Positions 22,438 to 32,313 of a stretch of DNA of 46,859 nucleotides are shown here, in pieces. Position 1 is the stretch's first letter, and each line of letters starts with the position of its first letter. This DNA comes from Mycobacterium sp. GTDB lineage: Bacteria > Actinomycetota > Actinomycetes > Mycobacteriales > Mycobacteriaceae. The stretch spans positions 1-46,859 of the forward strand of contig JAGQTS010000060.1 in the NCBI GenBank assembly GCA_020438895.1, in the 5' to 3' direction. The translations under genes and the position numbers were made by a program. The notes below the pieces were generated by a model that saw only the letters and a program-made list of their open reading frames with translations, searched no databases and had not been told where the DNA came from.

Positions 22438-22506
22438 GAATTGCCGGGTTCGGGCGCTACTGGCCGGCTCTAGAATTGCGGTCATACCGACGATGGGATC
22501 CGCGCC

Positions 22507-23292
22507 ATGCTGAGCGTTGCCACGCGAGAGGAACTGGCCGCCGAACTGGCCAGGGCCGAGCAGAGTAGGACGGCACTCGATCCGCTGACGGCCGGTCACC
22601 CGGAGATCGACGTGGTCGACGCCTATGAAATCCAGTTGATCAACATCCGGCGCCGGGTCGACGCCGGAGCCCGGGTGGTCGGCCACAAGGTGGGCCTGTC
22701 CTCCGAGGCGATGCAGCGGATGATGGGTGTCGACGAACCCGACTACGGCCACCTGCTCGCCGAGATGCAGGTCTTCGAGGGCGTCGCGGTGCCCGCCAGC
22801 GATTACCTCTACCCGCGGGTGGAGGTAGAGGTCGGGTTCATCCTGGCTGACGACCTGCCGGGCTCCGGTTGCACCGAAGACGACGTTCTGGCCGCCACTG
22901 CCGCCTTCGTCCCGGCGATCGAGCTGATCGACAGCCGAATCACGGATTGGAAGATCGCGCTGTGCGACACCATCGCCGACAACGCATCATCAGCGGGTTT
23001 TGTTCTGGGGGCGCAACGGGTATCACCGAAGGACGTCGATATCTGTGCCATCGACGCGGTGCTGACCCGCAACGGCGAGGTGGTCGCCGAGGGGCGCAGT
23101 GACGCGGTGCTGGGGAATCCGGTCACCGCGGTGGCATGGCTGGCGCGCAAGGTCGACGGCTTCGGGGTTCGGTTGAAGGCCGGTGACATCGTGCTGCCGG
23201 GGTCGTGCACACGGGCCATCGACGTCCGGCCCGGCGATCAGTTCGTCGCCGAATTCGCCGGTCTCGGGTCGGTCCGGCTGTCGTTCGAGTAG
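22507..23292 (+). CDS. hsaE: 2-hydroxyhexa-2,4-dienoate hydratase HsaE
   Basis: [21 protein letters not shown] and VLGNP motifs. Confidence 0.92.
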   Translation: MLSVATREELAAELARAEQSRTALDPLTAGHPEIDVVDAYEIQLINIRRRVDAGARVVGHKVGLSSEAMQRMMGVDEPDYGHLLAEMQVFEGVAVPASDYLYPRVEVEVGFILADDLPGSGCTEDDVLAATAAFVPAIELIDSRITDWKIALCDTIADNASSAGFVLGAQRVSPKDVDICAIDAVLTRNGEVVAEGRSDAVLGNPVTAVAWLARKVDGFGVRLKAGDIVLPGSCTRAIDVRPGDQFVAEFAGLGSVRLSFE

Positions 23293-23308
23293 TGAGGGAG
23301 ACCCTGTA

Positions 23309-24280
23309 GTGGCAGGCACGAAGACGGCTCAGAAGAAGTCCGTGGCGATCGTAGGTTCGGGCAATATCAGTACTGACCTGCTGTACAAGCTGCTGCGCTC
23401 GGAGTGGCTCGAGCCGCGCTGGATGATCGGGATCGACCCAGCCAGCGAAGGACTGGCGCGGGCCCGCAAACTCGGCCTGGAAACCAGCCATCAGGGCGTC
23501 GACTGGCTGCTGGACCGGCCAGAACTCCCCGACATGGTGTTCGAGGCGACGTCGGCCTACGTCCACAAGGCCGCCGCGCCGCGCTACGCCGAGGCCGGGA
23601 TTACCGCGATCGACCTCACCCCGGCCGCGGTGGGACCCGGGGTGGTACCGCCGGCGAATCTCGACGAGCACCTTTACGCGCCGAACGTCAACATGGTCAC
23701 CTGCGGCGGGCAGGCCACCATCCCCATCGTGTACGCGGTCTCCCGTGCGCTGGTCGAAAAAGGGGGAGTTCCCTACGCGGAGATCGTGGCCTCGGTGGCC
23801 TCGGTCTCGGCCGGACCGGGAACCCGGGCCAACATCGACGAGTTCACCCTGACGACCAGCGCGGGCGTGGAGACCATCGGCCGGGCGCGCCGGGGCAAAG
23901 CGATCATCATTCTCAACCCGGCTGAGCCGCCGATGATCATGCGCGACACGATCTTCTGCGCAATTCCCCCCGATACCGATCGATCCGCCGTGATCCAGTC
24001 CATTCATGACGTCGTCGCCGCCGTGCAGACCTACGTGCCGGGCTATCGGTTGCTCAACGAACCACAGTTCGACGAGCCGTCGGTGGTCAACGGCGGCCAG
24101 CATGTGGTGACCACGTTCGTCGAAGTCGAGGGGGCCGGCGACTACCTCCCGCCGTACGCCGGGAACCTCGACATCATGACCGCCGCGGCGACGAAAGTCG
24201 GCGAGGAGATCGCCAAACGCGCCGTCAGCGCCGACAGTGCCGGCGGAGAGCAGGTCGACATGGCAGGAGGAACCCGATGA
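23309..24280 (+). CDS. hsaG: Acylating aldehyde dehydrogenase HsaG
   Basis: [16 protein letters not shown] and YAGNLDIMT motifs; probable GTG at 23309 after GGGAG. Confidence 0.92.
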   Translation: MAGTKTAQKKSVAIVGSGNISTDLLYKLLRSEWLEPRWMIGIDPASEGLARARKLGLETSHQGVDWLLDRPELPDMVFEATSAYVHKAAAPRYAEAGITAIDLTPAAVGPGVVPPANLDEHLYAPNVNMVTCGGQATIPIVYAVSRALVEKGGVPYAEIVASVASVSAGPGTRANIDEFTLTTSAGVETIGRARRGKAIIILNPAEPPMIMRDTIFCAIPPDTDRSAVIQSIHDVVAAVQTYVPGYRLLNEPQFDEPSVVNGGQHVVTTFVEVEGAGDYLPPYAGNLDIMTAAATKVGEEIAKRAVSADSAGGEQVDMAGGTR

Positions 24281-25305
24281 GCGACGCCATCTGGGATGTC
24301 CGGATCACCGACACCTCGCTGCGGGACGGTTCACATCACAAACGGCACCAGTTCACCATCGAGGAGGTTCGCGCGATCGTCGCCGCCCTGGACGCCGCGG
24401 GCGTGCCGGTGATCGAGGTGACCCACGGCGACGGACTGGGCGGGTCGAGTTTCAACTACGGCTTCTCCCGAACGCCCGAGCAGGACTTGATCAGGATCGC
24501 CGCGGAAACGGCTGTGGAAGCGCGAATCGCGTTCCTGATGTTGCCCGGTGTCGGTACCAAGGAGGACATCCGTCAGGCCCAAGACAATGGTGGGTCGATC
24601 TGCCGGATCGCCACCCACTGCACCGAGGCCGATGTGTCCATCCAGCACTTCGGCCTGGCCCGTGAACTCGGGCTGGAAACTGTGGGCTTCCTGATGATGA
24701 GTCACACCCTGGCTCCCGAGAAACTGGCGGCCCAGGCCCGGATCATGGCCGACGCGGGTTGCCAGTGCGTGTACGTCGTCGACTCCGCCGGTGCTCTGGT
24801 GCTCGACGAGGTGGCCGACCGGGTGGGTGCGCTGGTCGCCGAATTGGGGTCGGATGCCGAAGTCGGCTTTCATGGCCACGAGAACCTCGGCCTGGGGGTT
24901 GCCAATTCGGTCGAGGCGGTGCGCGCCGGGGCCAAGCAGATCGACGGCAGCGTGCGCCGATTCGGGGCCGGGGCGGGCAATGCGCCGGTAGAGGCGCTGA
25001 TCGGGGTGTTCGACAAGATCGGGGTCAAGACCGGGATCGACTTCTTCGGTATCGCCGACGCCGCCGAAGATGTGGTCGCCCCGGCGATGCCGGCCGAATG
25101 TCTGCTGGACCGTAACGCGCTGATCATGGGCTACTCGGGGGTTTACTCCAGCTTTCTCAAACATGCTGTGCGGCAAGGGGAACGCTACGGCGTGCCGGCT
25201 CATCAGCTGCTGCACCGGGCGGGCCAGCGCAAGCTGATCGGCGGCCAGGAGGACCAGCTCATCGACATCGCCCTGGAGATCAAGCGCGAACAGGAACGCG
25301 GCTGA
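24277..25305 (+). CDS. hsaF: 4-hydroxy-2-oxovalerate/hexanoate aldolase HsaF
   Basis: [14 protein letters not shown] and FHGHENL motifs. Confidence 0.93.
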   Translation: MSDAIWDVRITDTSLRDGSHHKRHQFTIEEVRAIVAALDAAGVPVIEVTHGDGLGGSSFNYGFSRTPEQDLIRIAAETAVEARIAFLMLPGVGTKEDIRQAQDNGGSICRIATHCTEADVSIQHFGLARELGLETVGFLMMSHTLAPEKLAAQARIMADAGCQCVYVVDSAGALVLDEVADRVGALVAELGSDAEVGFHGHENLGLGVANSVEAVRAGAKQIDGSVRRFGAGAGNAPVEALIGVFDKIGVKTGIDFFGIADAAEDVVAPAMPAECLLDRNALIMGYSGVYSSFLKHAVRQGERYGVPAHQLLHRAGQRKLIGGQEDQLIDIALEIKREQERG

Positions 25306-25310
25306 CCCCG

Positions 25311-27422
25311 GTGGCGGCCGCGAGCCCAGCCGACACTCGCGCCCGCGCGCAGGAGATCCTCGAGCAACTGGCCGGTCCCGACGCGTTGCTCCGCGACGAC
25401 CAGTGGACGGCGATCGAGGCGCTGGTGGTGGCCCGCCGCCGCGCACTGGTCGTGCAACGAACCGGGTGGGGCAAATCGGCGGTGTACTTCATCGCAGCAA
25501 AGCTGCTGCGGGAACAGGGTTGTGGTCCGACGGTGATCGTCTCTCCGCTCCTGGCGTTGATGCGCAACCAGGTTGCTGCCGCTGAGCGGGCCGGCGTGCA
25601 CGCCGCCACCATCAACTCCGGCAACGTCACCGAATGGGATGACATCCACCGACGGGTCGCCGAGCGGGCCCTGGATGTGCTGCTGGTCAGCCCGGAGCGG
25701 TTGAACAATCCGGAGTTCCGTGACGCGGTGCTGCCGGCCCTGGCCGCGGACGCGGGCCTGGTGGTGGTCGACGAAGCCCATTGCGTGTCGGACTGGGGTC
25801 ACGACTTCCGTCCCGACTACCGCAGGATTCGCACCCTGATCGGGGAGTTGGGAACGGGCACACCCGTGCTGGCGACGACGGCGACCGCCAATGACCGGGT
25901 CGTCGACGACGTCGCTGCGCAACTCGGCGTCGGTGGCCGCGACACGGTGGTGCTGCGTGGCGGTCTGGACCGTGAGTCGCTGCATCTGTCGGTGGTGCAG
26001 ATTCCCGAATCCGCCCAGCGCGCGGCGTGGATCGGCGCGCAGTTGGCGGTGCTGCCCGGCTCCGGCATCATCTACACGTTGACCGTGGCCGGCGCCCGCG
26101 ACCTTGCCACGCTACTGCGGGATCTGGGTCACGACGTTGCCGCATACACCGGGAGTACCGATCCGGCGGAACGTCAGCAACTCGAGGCGGATCTGCTGGC
26201 CAACCGGGTCAAGGCACTGGTGGCAACCTCGGCGCTGGGGATGGGGTTCGACAAGCCCGATCTCGGTTTCGTCATCCACCTGGGCGCACCACCGTCACCG
26301 ATCTCCTACTACCAGCAGGTCGGTCGCGCGGGACGTGCGACCGCCAGCGCGCAGGTGATCCTGCTGCCCAGCCCCCAAGACCGCGAAATCTGGAGCTACT
26401 TCGGATCACTGGCCTTCCCCGCCGAAGCAACGGTGCGCCGGGTACTGGACGCTCTCGAGCCCGACAGGGCGCAGTCGACCGCGGCACTGGAACCACTGGT
26501 GGACCTGGGCAGGTCCCGGTTGGACATGGTGCTCAAGGTTCTCGACGTCGACGGCGCCGTCCGCCGAGTGAAAGGCGGCTGGATCAGCACCGGAGAGCCC
26601 TGGTTCTACGACGAGTCGCGGTACCGCAAGCTCGAAGAAGCCAGGCGCCGCGAGCAGCAGGCGATGCTCGACTACCAGGACACCACGGGATGCCGGATGG
26701 AGTTCCTGCGCGCGCAATTGGACGACCCGGACCTGGTCGCGGGCGAACGATGCGGCCGTTGCGACACCTGCACCGGAAGCAGCCCTACCGTGCAGGTGGA
26801 CTCCGGTGCTGTCGCCGTGGCGCAGGATGTGCTGGCACGCCCCGGGGTTGAGATGAGCCCCCGCAGGCAATGGCCCACCGGTATGGCCAAGCTGGGACTG
26901 GGTGCGCTGAGCGGCCGTATCACCGATGGTCCGGCGCCGGGCCGGGCTATCGGACGCCTGACCGATCTTGGCTGGGGGGTGCGGTTGCGGCGGTTGCTGG
27001 ACGAACCCGACGGACCCGTACCGCCTGATGTCCTGGCCGCCGCTGTCGCCGTGCTGGCCGCGTGGTCCTGGGATACCCGGCCGGTTGCGGTGATGGGCCT
27101 CGACTCGGTCACCCACCCCCTTCTGATCAGCTCGATGGTGACGGGCCTGGCCGACCTCGGAAGGCTGACCAACCTGGGCGTGCTGAGGTGTCGGGACGAT
27201 CACCGGCCGGTGACGGCGGCGAACTCCGCGTTCCGGGTGGCCGCGTTGCACGACTCCTGGGTCCGGCCCGACCTCGGGCGGCTGGCCGGCCAACCGGGCG
27301 GCCCGGTTCTCCTGATCGATGATGTGGCCGACACCGGGTGGACCCTGACGATGGCAGCAAGGGTACTGCGACAGGCGGGGGTGAGCGAGGTGCTGCCGTT
27401 CACCCTCGCCTGCGTCACCTGA
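25311..27422 (+). CDS. rqlH: RecQ-like helicase with C-terminal phosphoribosyltransferase-like domain (RqlH)
   Basis: TGWGKS, DEAHC, TATA, GMGFDKP and QQVGRAGR motifs; Zn cluster CR..CGRCDTC; PRT loop LLIDDVADTGWT. Confidence 0.87.
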   Translation: MAAASPADTRARAQEILEQLAGPDALLRDDQWTAIEALVVARRRALVVQRTGWGKSAVYFIAAKLLREQGCGPTVIVSPLLALMRNQVAAAERAGVHAATINSGNVTEWDDIHRRVAERALDVLLVSPERLNNPEFRDAVLPALAADAGLVVVDEAHCVSDWGHDFRPDYRRIRTLIGELGTGTPVLATTATANDRVVDDVAAQLGVGGRDTVVLRGGLDRESLHLSVVQIPESAQRAAWIGAQLAVLPGSGIIYTLTVAGARDLATLLRDLGHDVAAYTGSTDPAERQQLEADLLANRVKALVATSALGMGFDKPDLGFVIHLGAPPSPISYYQQVGRAGRATASAQVILLPSPQDREIWSYFGSLAFPAEATVRRVLDALEPDRAQSTAALEPLVDLGRSRLDMVLKVLDVDGAVRRVKGGWISTGEPWFYDESRYRKLEEARRREQQAMLDYQDTTGCRMEFLRAQLDDPDLVAGERCGRCDTCTGSSPTVQVDSGAVAVAQDVLARPGVEMSPRRQWPTGMAKLGLGALSGRITDGPAPGRAIGRLTDLGWGVRLRRLLDEPDGPVPPDVLAAAVAVLAAWSWDTRPVAVMGLDSVTHPLLISSMVTGLADLGRLTNLGVLRCRDDHRPVTAANSAFRVAALHDSWVRPDLGRLAGQPGGPVLLIDDVADTGWTLTMAARVLRQAGVSEVLPFTLACVT

Positions 27423-27443
27423 CCCCGGCGGCGGCGACCGCGG

Positions 27444-27473
27444 TTGACTCCGTACTAGAACACGTTCTAGGTT
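27444..27473 (+). promoter_or_regulatory. SigA-like promoter with an overlapping KstR operator (27456-27469)
   Basis: TTGACT (27444-27449), 18 nt, TAGGTT (27468-27473); KstR box TAGAACACGTTCTA lies between them. Confidence 0.88.
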
Positions 27474-27531
27474 TGCTACCGGGACGGCGACAGATGCGGT
27501 CCGCTATTCCACACGGGAAGGCCCGTTGTCG

Positions 27532-28659
27532 ATGTACGCACAGCCCCTGCTCGACGCCATCGCCGAGGCGGAGAGACTGGTCCGCGAGGCGCCGCACGCC
27601 GAGACCGAGGCCGACGTGCTGGAAGGCCTGCAATACCTGGCCGGTGGCATCGCGGCCTGCACGCACCTGGCGTTCGACTACGACCGCGATCATCCCTTCC
27701 TGCAGTCCGGAACGGGCCCGTTCACCAAGATGGGCCTGGACAACCCCGACACGCTCTACTTCGGCACCCGTGTCACCGCCGGACACGAGTACGTGGTGAC
27801 CGGGACTCGCGGCGACACGACCGACCTCAGCTTCCAACTACTGGGCGGTGAGTACACCGACCAGAACGTCCCCGACAGCGAGACGGCCTTCGACGACCGC
27901 GAACTCGATATCGCCTCGGACGGTAGCTTCGAATGGCGGTTCACCCCCAAGGGCACAGCGCAACTGGTGATACGGGAGGTGTACAACGACTGGTCGGCGC
28001 GACGCGGAACCGTGGCGATCGCCCGGACCGACACCGCCGGGACCGCGCCACCGGCGCTGACCAAGGAACTGATCGAAAAGCGCTGGGTCACAGCGGGTAA
28101 GCAACTCGTGCAGCGGGTCAGGACCTGGCTGCAATTCCCGCAATGGTTCTATACGAACATCCCGGCCAACACCATGGTGGCGCCGCGACTCACCCCCGGC
28201 GGTCTGGCCACCCAATACTCATCCGCCGGGCATTTTGCCCTTGCGCCCGACGAGGCACTGGTGATCACGCTTCCGGTGCCCGACGCGCCCTACCTGGGCT
28301 TCCAATTGGGCAGTCTCTGGTACATCTCGCTGGACTACATCAACCACCAGACCTCGCTGAACGGAACTCAGGCGCAGCAGGATCCCGACGGGAAGATCCG
28401 GATCGTGGTCTCAGATTGCGATCCGGGCATCGTCAACTGGGTTGAGACGGTCGGTCACCGGAAGGGCTTTTTGCAGTTCCGCTGGCAACGCGTATCGCGC
28501 GAACTGACCAAGGCTGACGGGCCGTCGGTGGACCTCGTCCATGTGGAGGCGGTGCCTGAGCACTTGCCCTACTACGGACACAACCTCATCGCTCCCGAGC
28601 AGTGGAGGGAGCGAATAGCTCTGCGCCAACAGCAGATCCAGAACAGAATGGTGGGTTGA
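27532..28659 (+). CDS. Conserved hypothetical, Rv3531c-like (DUF1214-related)
   Basis: GLDNPDTLY and YISLDY..QTSLN motifs; synteny with the SDR and sulfotransferase. Confidence 0.8.
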   Translation: MYAQPLLDAIAEAERLVREAPHAETEADVLEGLQYLAGGIAACTHLAFDYDRDHPFLQSGTGPFTKMGLDNPDTLYFGTRVTAGHEYVVTGTRGDTTDLSFQLLGGEYTDQNVPDSETAFDDRELDIASDGSFEWRFTPKGTAQLVIREVYNDWSARRGTVAIARTDTAGTAPPALTKELIEKRWVTAGKQLVQRVRTWLQFPQWFYTNIPANTMVAPRLTPGGLATQYSSAGHFALAPDEALVITLPVPDAPYLGFQLGSLWYISLDYINHQTSLNGTQAQQDPDGKIRIVVSDCDPGIVNWVETVGHRKGFLQFRWQRVSRELTKADGPSVDLVHVEAVPEHLPYYGHNLIAPEQWRERIALRQQQIQNRMVG

Positions 28660-28662
28660 CCG

Positions 28663-29445
28663 ATGGCGGGTTTGCTGGAGGGGAAGGTCGTCGTCATCAG
28701 TGGCGTCGGCCCTGCGTTGGGCACGACTCTGGCTCGCCGATGCGCAGCGGCCGGCGCGGATCTGGTGTTGGCCGCCCGGACCGTTGAGCGGCTCAATGAG
28801 GTGGCCGCAGAGATCACTGCCATGGGAGGCCGGGCTCTGGCGGTGGGTACCGACATCACCGACGATGCTCAGGTTGACAGCCTCGTCGCCCGATCGTTGT
28901 TCGCCTACGGCACGGTTGATGTGCTGATCAACAACGCCTTCCGGGTTCCGTCGATGAAACCACTGGCCGACACCACGTTTCAGCACATCCGGGACGCCAT
29001 CGAGTTGACCGTGCTCGGTGCGTTGCGGCTGACCCAGGCCTTCACTCCCGCACTGGCCGACAGCCGGGGTTCGGTGGTCAACGTCAATTCCATGGTCATT
29101 CGTCATTCCCAGCCGAAGTACGGCGCCTACAAGATGGCCAAGTCCGCTCTGCTGGCGATGTCCCAGTCGCTGGCAACCGAGCTCGGATCCCAAGGAATCC
29201 GGGTCAATTCCGTTGCACCCGGATATATCTGGGGTGAGACGCTGAAGAGCTACTTTGCCCACCAGGCTGGGAAGTACAGCACCACCGTGGAGAAGATCTA
29301 CGAGATGACCGCGGCCCAGTCCGACCTCAACCGCCTGCCGACAGAGGACGAGGTTGCTTCGGCGATCCTGTTCATGGCCAGCGATCTCTCCAGCGGGATC
29401 ACCGGCGCGACGCTGGATGTGAACTGCGGCGAGTACAAGTCGTGA
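28663..29445 (+). CDS. Short-chain dehydrogenase, Rv3530c-like
   Basis: SGVGPALG, NNA and YKMAK motifs. Confidence 0.87.
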   Translation: MAGLLEGKVVVISGVGPALGTTLARRCAAAGADLVLAARTVERLNEVAAEITAMGGRALAVGTDITDDAQVDSLVARSLFAYGTVDVLINNAFRVPSMKPLADTTFQHIRDAIELTVLGALRLTQAFTPALADSRGSVVNVNSMVIRHSQPKYGAYKMAKSALLAMSQSLATELGSQGIRVNSVAPGYIWGETLKSYFAHQAGKYSTTVEKIYEMTAAQSDLNRLPTEDEVASAILFMASDLSSGITGATLDVNCGEYKS

Positions 29446-29501
29446 TGGCGAGTCGACGATGCGGCACGAGGCACGAGTGCTGAGGAGGAGCGAGCGATTG
29501 A
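29445..29501 (+). repeat. MIRU-like intergenic element
   Basis: GACGATGC...TGAGGAGGAGCG ends resemble mycobacterial interspersed repetitive units (from memory); internal tandem GCACGAG x2; supplies the RBS for the next gene. Confidence 0.55.
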
Positions 29502-30646
29502 GTACGCCCCGTACCGACGTCGGGACCGTCGATGACCTCAAAGCTTCAGCGGTCAAGGCCGTCGGTCTCGATGACTTCGGTGCCGACGACGACAATTACG
29601 TCGAGGCTCTGTCGGTGCTGCTCGAGTCCTACCGCCGCGACGCCGGCCTCACCGAGATCGGCAGCAAGATGTCCCGCTTTTTCCTGCGCAACGCTCTGGT
29701 GGCCCGGCTGATCAGCGAAGCGTCCTGGAAGCAATACCCCGGGTATGCCGGCGTGCCGATCATGGCGCCGATCTTTGTGACCGGACTGCCCCGTACCGGC
29801 ACCACGGCGTTGCACCGCCTGCTGTGCGGGGACCCGCGGCATCAGGGGCTGGAACTGTGGCTCGCGGAGTTCCCCCAGCCCCGACCGCCCCGTGATACCT
29901 GGCCGCAGAACCCCGTTTTCGTTGAGTTGGATGCCCGGTTCAAGAAGGCCCACGAAGAGAATCCGGACTACACCGGACTGCATTTCATGACCGCCGACGA
30001 GGTCGAGGAATGCTGGCAATTGCTGCGCCAGTCAGTACATTCGGTGTCCTACGAGACGTTGGCCCATGTTCCGACGTATGCACGATGGCTCGCCGACCAG
30101 AGCTGGGACAGGCCGTATCAACGGCACCGCCGCAACCTGCAACTGATCGGCCTCAACGACATCGAGAAACGCTGGGTGCTCAAGAACCCCAGCCACTTGT
30201 TCGCCCTGGACGCATTACTGAACACCTACCCCGACGCGCTGGTGATCCAATGCCACCGCCGGCCGGAGACCATCATGGCGTCGATGTGTTCGCTGGCCCA
30301 GCACACCACCCAGGGGTGGTCGACGACCTTCGTCGGCGCGACCATCGGTGCGGACTCGATGGAGACCTGGTCGCGGGGATTGGAACGGTTCAACGCGGTG
30401 CGGGCGGGCGCCAATCCCGCCCAGTTCTTCGACGTGGACTACCACGACCTCATCGGCGACCCGATCGGAACGGTGGCAAGCATCTACGCGCACTTCGGGC
30501 TCGAGATGACCGATTCCGCCCATGCCGCGATCGGGCGCACCGAGGAGGGCAGCAGGCAGGGGCGGCGCGCCCCCAAACACACCTACTCCCTGGCCGACTA
30601 CGGGCTCACCGATGATCAGGTCAGGGAGCGCTTCTCGGGTCTGTGA
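29498..30646 (+). CDS. PAPS-dependent sulfotransferase family protein, Rv3529c-like
   Basis: 5'-PSB loop GLPRTGTT, LKNPSH and HRRP..ASMCS motifs; TTG 29498 after GAGGAG (alternative ATG 29459). Confidence 0.87.
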   Translation: MSTPRTDVGTVDDLKASAVKAVGLDDFGADDDNYVEALSVLLESYRRDAGLTEIGSKMSRFFLRNALVARLISEASWKQYPGYAGVPIMAPIFVTGLPRTGTTALHRLLCGDPRHQGLELWLAEFPQPRPPRDTWPQNPVFVELDARFKKAHEENPDYTGLHFMTADEVEECWQLLRQSVHSVSYETLAHVPTYARWLADQSWDRPYQRHRRNLQLIGLNDIEKRWVLKNPSHLFALDALLNTYPDALVIQCHRRPETIMASMCSLAQHTTQGWSTTFVGATIGADSMETWSRGLERFNAVRAGANPAQFFDVDYHDLIGDPIGTVASIYAHFGLEMTDSAHAAIGRTEEGSRQGRRAPKHTYSLADYGLTDDQVRERFSGL

Positions 30647-30650
30647 TCCG

Positions 30651-31106
30651 TCAGCCGTCGCCTGGGGCCGGCGCGCTGGAGTGCTCCTCCAGGCAGCCCT
30701 CCGCGACGGCATGCCGGATGCTGTCGGTCAGTCGCGGGCAGGACGGTTCACGGGCACTGCTGCCTCCCTCTGCCCGGATTTCGGCGAAGTACGCGCATCG
30801 CTGGGATGCCGCGGTGGTCCACTGCACAGCCGTGAAGGGTGCCCCGAGTTTCTTCACCCGCACCGCGGCGTGACAAAAACGGCAGTCGATCTCCGCGAGG
30901 CCGGCGGTGAGGTAACGCTCGCGGTCCCGGCGGGTGGCATCACGGATGGCCGCCGCTCGCGCGGGGTCGTTGGCGAAGTCGGGAGCCTTGGCCCACCCCG
31001 GGGCGTCGTCGTCGTTGGCCGGGCGGTGCTCGTCGGTGTGAATCCCGTGTAACTGCAGCATCGATCGGGCTACATCGTCGATGTCCGGCATGGATTCCCC
31101 GGTCAC
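30651..31106 (-). CDS. Conserved hypothetical, Rv3527-like, four-Cys putative metal-binding protein
   Basis: CRFC...C...C pattern; GTGA overlap with the kshA stop (alternative ATG 31091). Confidence 0.75.
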   Translation of the reverse strand: MTGESMPDIDDVARSMLQLHGIHTDEHRPANDDDAPGWAKAPDFANDPARAAAIRDATRRDRERYLTAGLAEIDCRFCHAAVRVKKLGAPFTAVQWTTAASQRCAYFAEIRAEGGSSAREPSCPRLTDSIRHAVAEGCLEEHSSAPAPGDG

Positions 31107-32242
31107 ACTCCGCTGGCCTTCTCGGCGGCCCGCCGGCGCAGGTTCTCCTCGACTTCGGCCTGCCACTTCTCGTTGGCCTTTGTGGTGTCGACCTCCATCT
31201 CGAATCGGTCGGTCATGTCAGCGGTGATGTCGGCGACGTCAACGTAGAACTGCTGGTACCAGCGACGCATCTGGTAGACCGCGCCGTCCTCCTCGACCAG
31301 CAGCGGGTTCTCGATCCGGGTCTTGTGCTTCCAGATCTCGACGTCCTGCAGGAAGCCCTTGCTGACTCCCTCGGTGAACGCCGTCGCCAGACGTTCGGTC
31401 ATCGCGTCGTCGAGACCCGTCGGCTTCTCCACGATCACACCCCACTGCAGGACGAACGAGTCCGCAGTGACCGGGTAATGACAGTTGATCAGAATCGACT
31501 CAGCCTTGAAGTCGCCGTATGTGTTGTGCAGCCAGTTGATCATGAACGAAGGGCCGAAATAGCTGGCCTCGGAATCGAGATGGGAATCGCCGTAGGCGGT
31601 CCCCAAACCACCGATGTCGGGACGCCCGACGTTGTGCAGGTACTGGGAGGCGATGTGCCCCTCGAAAACGTTCTTGAAGTACGTCGGCAATCCGAAGTGG
31701 ATGTAGTAGAAGTGCGCCATGTCGGTGACGTTGTCGATGATCTCGCGGCAGTTGGAGCCCTCGATCAGCAGCGAGTTCCACTTCCAGTCGGTCCAGGTTT
31801 CGCTGGCCCATTGGGGGATCTCCGGGATGCGGACTTCGGGCTGCGGTGGATTGCCCTCATGGTCGTGCCAGACGAACAACAGACCGCCACGCACATCGGT
31901 GTGCCAGGACCGGGTCCTGGCCAATTTCGGGGTCCGCTTGGCGTACGGCACCAGCTTGCAGCGGCCGTCACCGCCCCACCGCCAGTCATGGAACGGGCAG
32001 GCCACCTCGTCCCCCTTGATCGCGCCCTGCGACAAGTCTCCCCCCATGTGGCGGCAGTAGGCGTCGAGCACGTGAAGGTCTCCGGCGGAGTCGGCGAAGA
32101 CGACCAGCTTCGTTCCGAAGGCATGGATCGGATGCGGCTGGCCGTCCCGGAAGTTCTGTACCGGACCCAGACAGTGCCAACCGCGGGCGTACCGGTCCGG
32201 CAGCGTGCCGGTGTCGATCTCGCGAATGTCGGTGGTCATCAT
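31103..32242 (-). CDS. kshA: 3-ketosteroid 9alpha-hydroxylase oxygenase subunit
   Basis: Rieske motifs CRHM and CPFH; mononuclear Fe site DNVTDMAHFYYIH. Confidence 0.94.
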   Translation of the reverse strand: MMTTDIREIDTGTLPDRYARGWHCLGPVQNFRDGQPHPIHAFGTKLVVFADSAGDLHVLDAYCRHMGGDLSQGAIKGDEVACPFHDWRWGGDGRCKLVPYAKRTPKLARTRSWHTDVRGGLLFVWHDHEGNPPQPEVRIPEIPQWASETWTDWKWNSLLIEGSNCREIIDNVTDMAHFYYIHFGLPTYFKNVFEGHIASQYLHNVGRPDIGGLGTAYGDSHLDSEASYFGPSFMINWLHNTYGDFKAESILINCHYPVTADSFVLQWGVIVEKPTGLDDAMTERLATAFTEGVSKGFLQDVEIWKHKTRIENPLLVEEDGAVYQMRRWYQQFYVDVADITADMTDRFEMEVDTTKANEKWQAEVEENLRRRAAEKASGV

Positions 32243-32267
32243 GTGCCTCCGCTGTCCATGCCCTAAT

Positions 32268-32281
32268 TAGAACACGTTACA
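32268..32281. promoter_or_regulatory. KstR operator (kshA)
   Basis: TAGAACACGTTACA upstream of the kshA GGAGG RBS. Confidence 0.92.
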
Positions 32282-32313
32282 GTTTTTCGGTCGGCGGGCG
32301 CAACGAATGCCGA

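Noticed and set aside
23123-25446. Minus-strand ORFs of 326 and 371 aa
   Set aside because: They are antisense to well-supported hsaG and hsaF, with no domain signatures.
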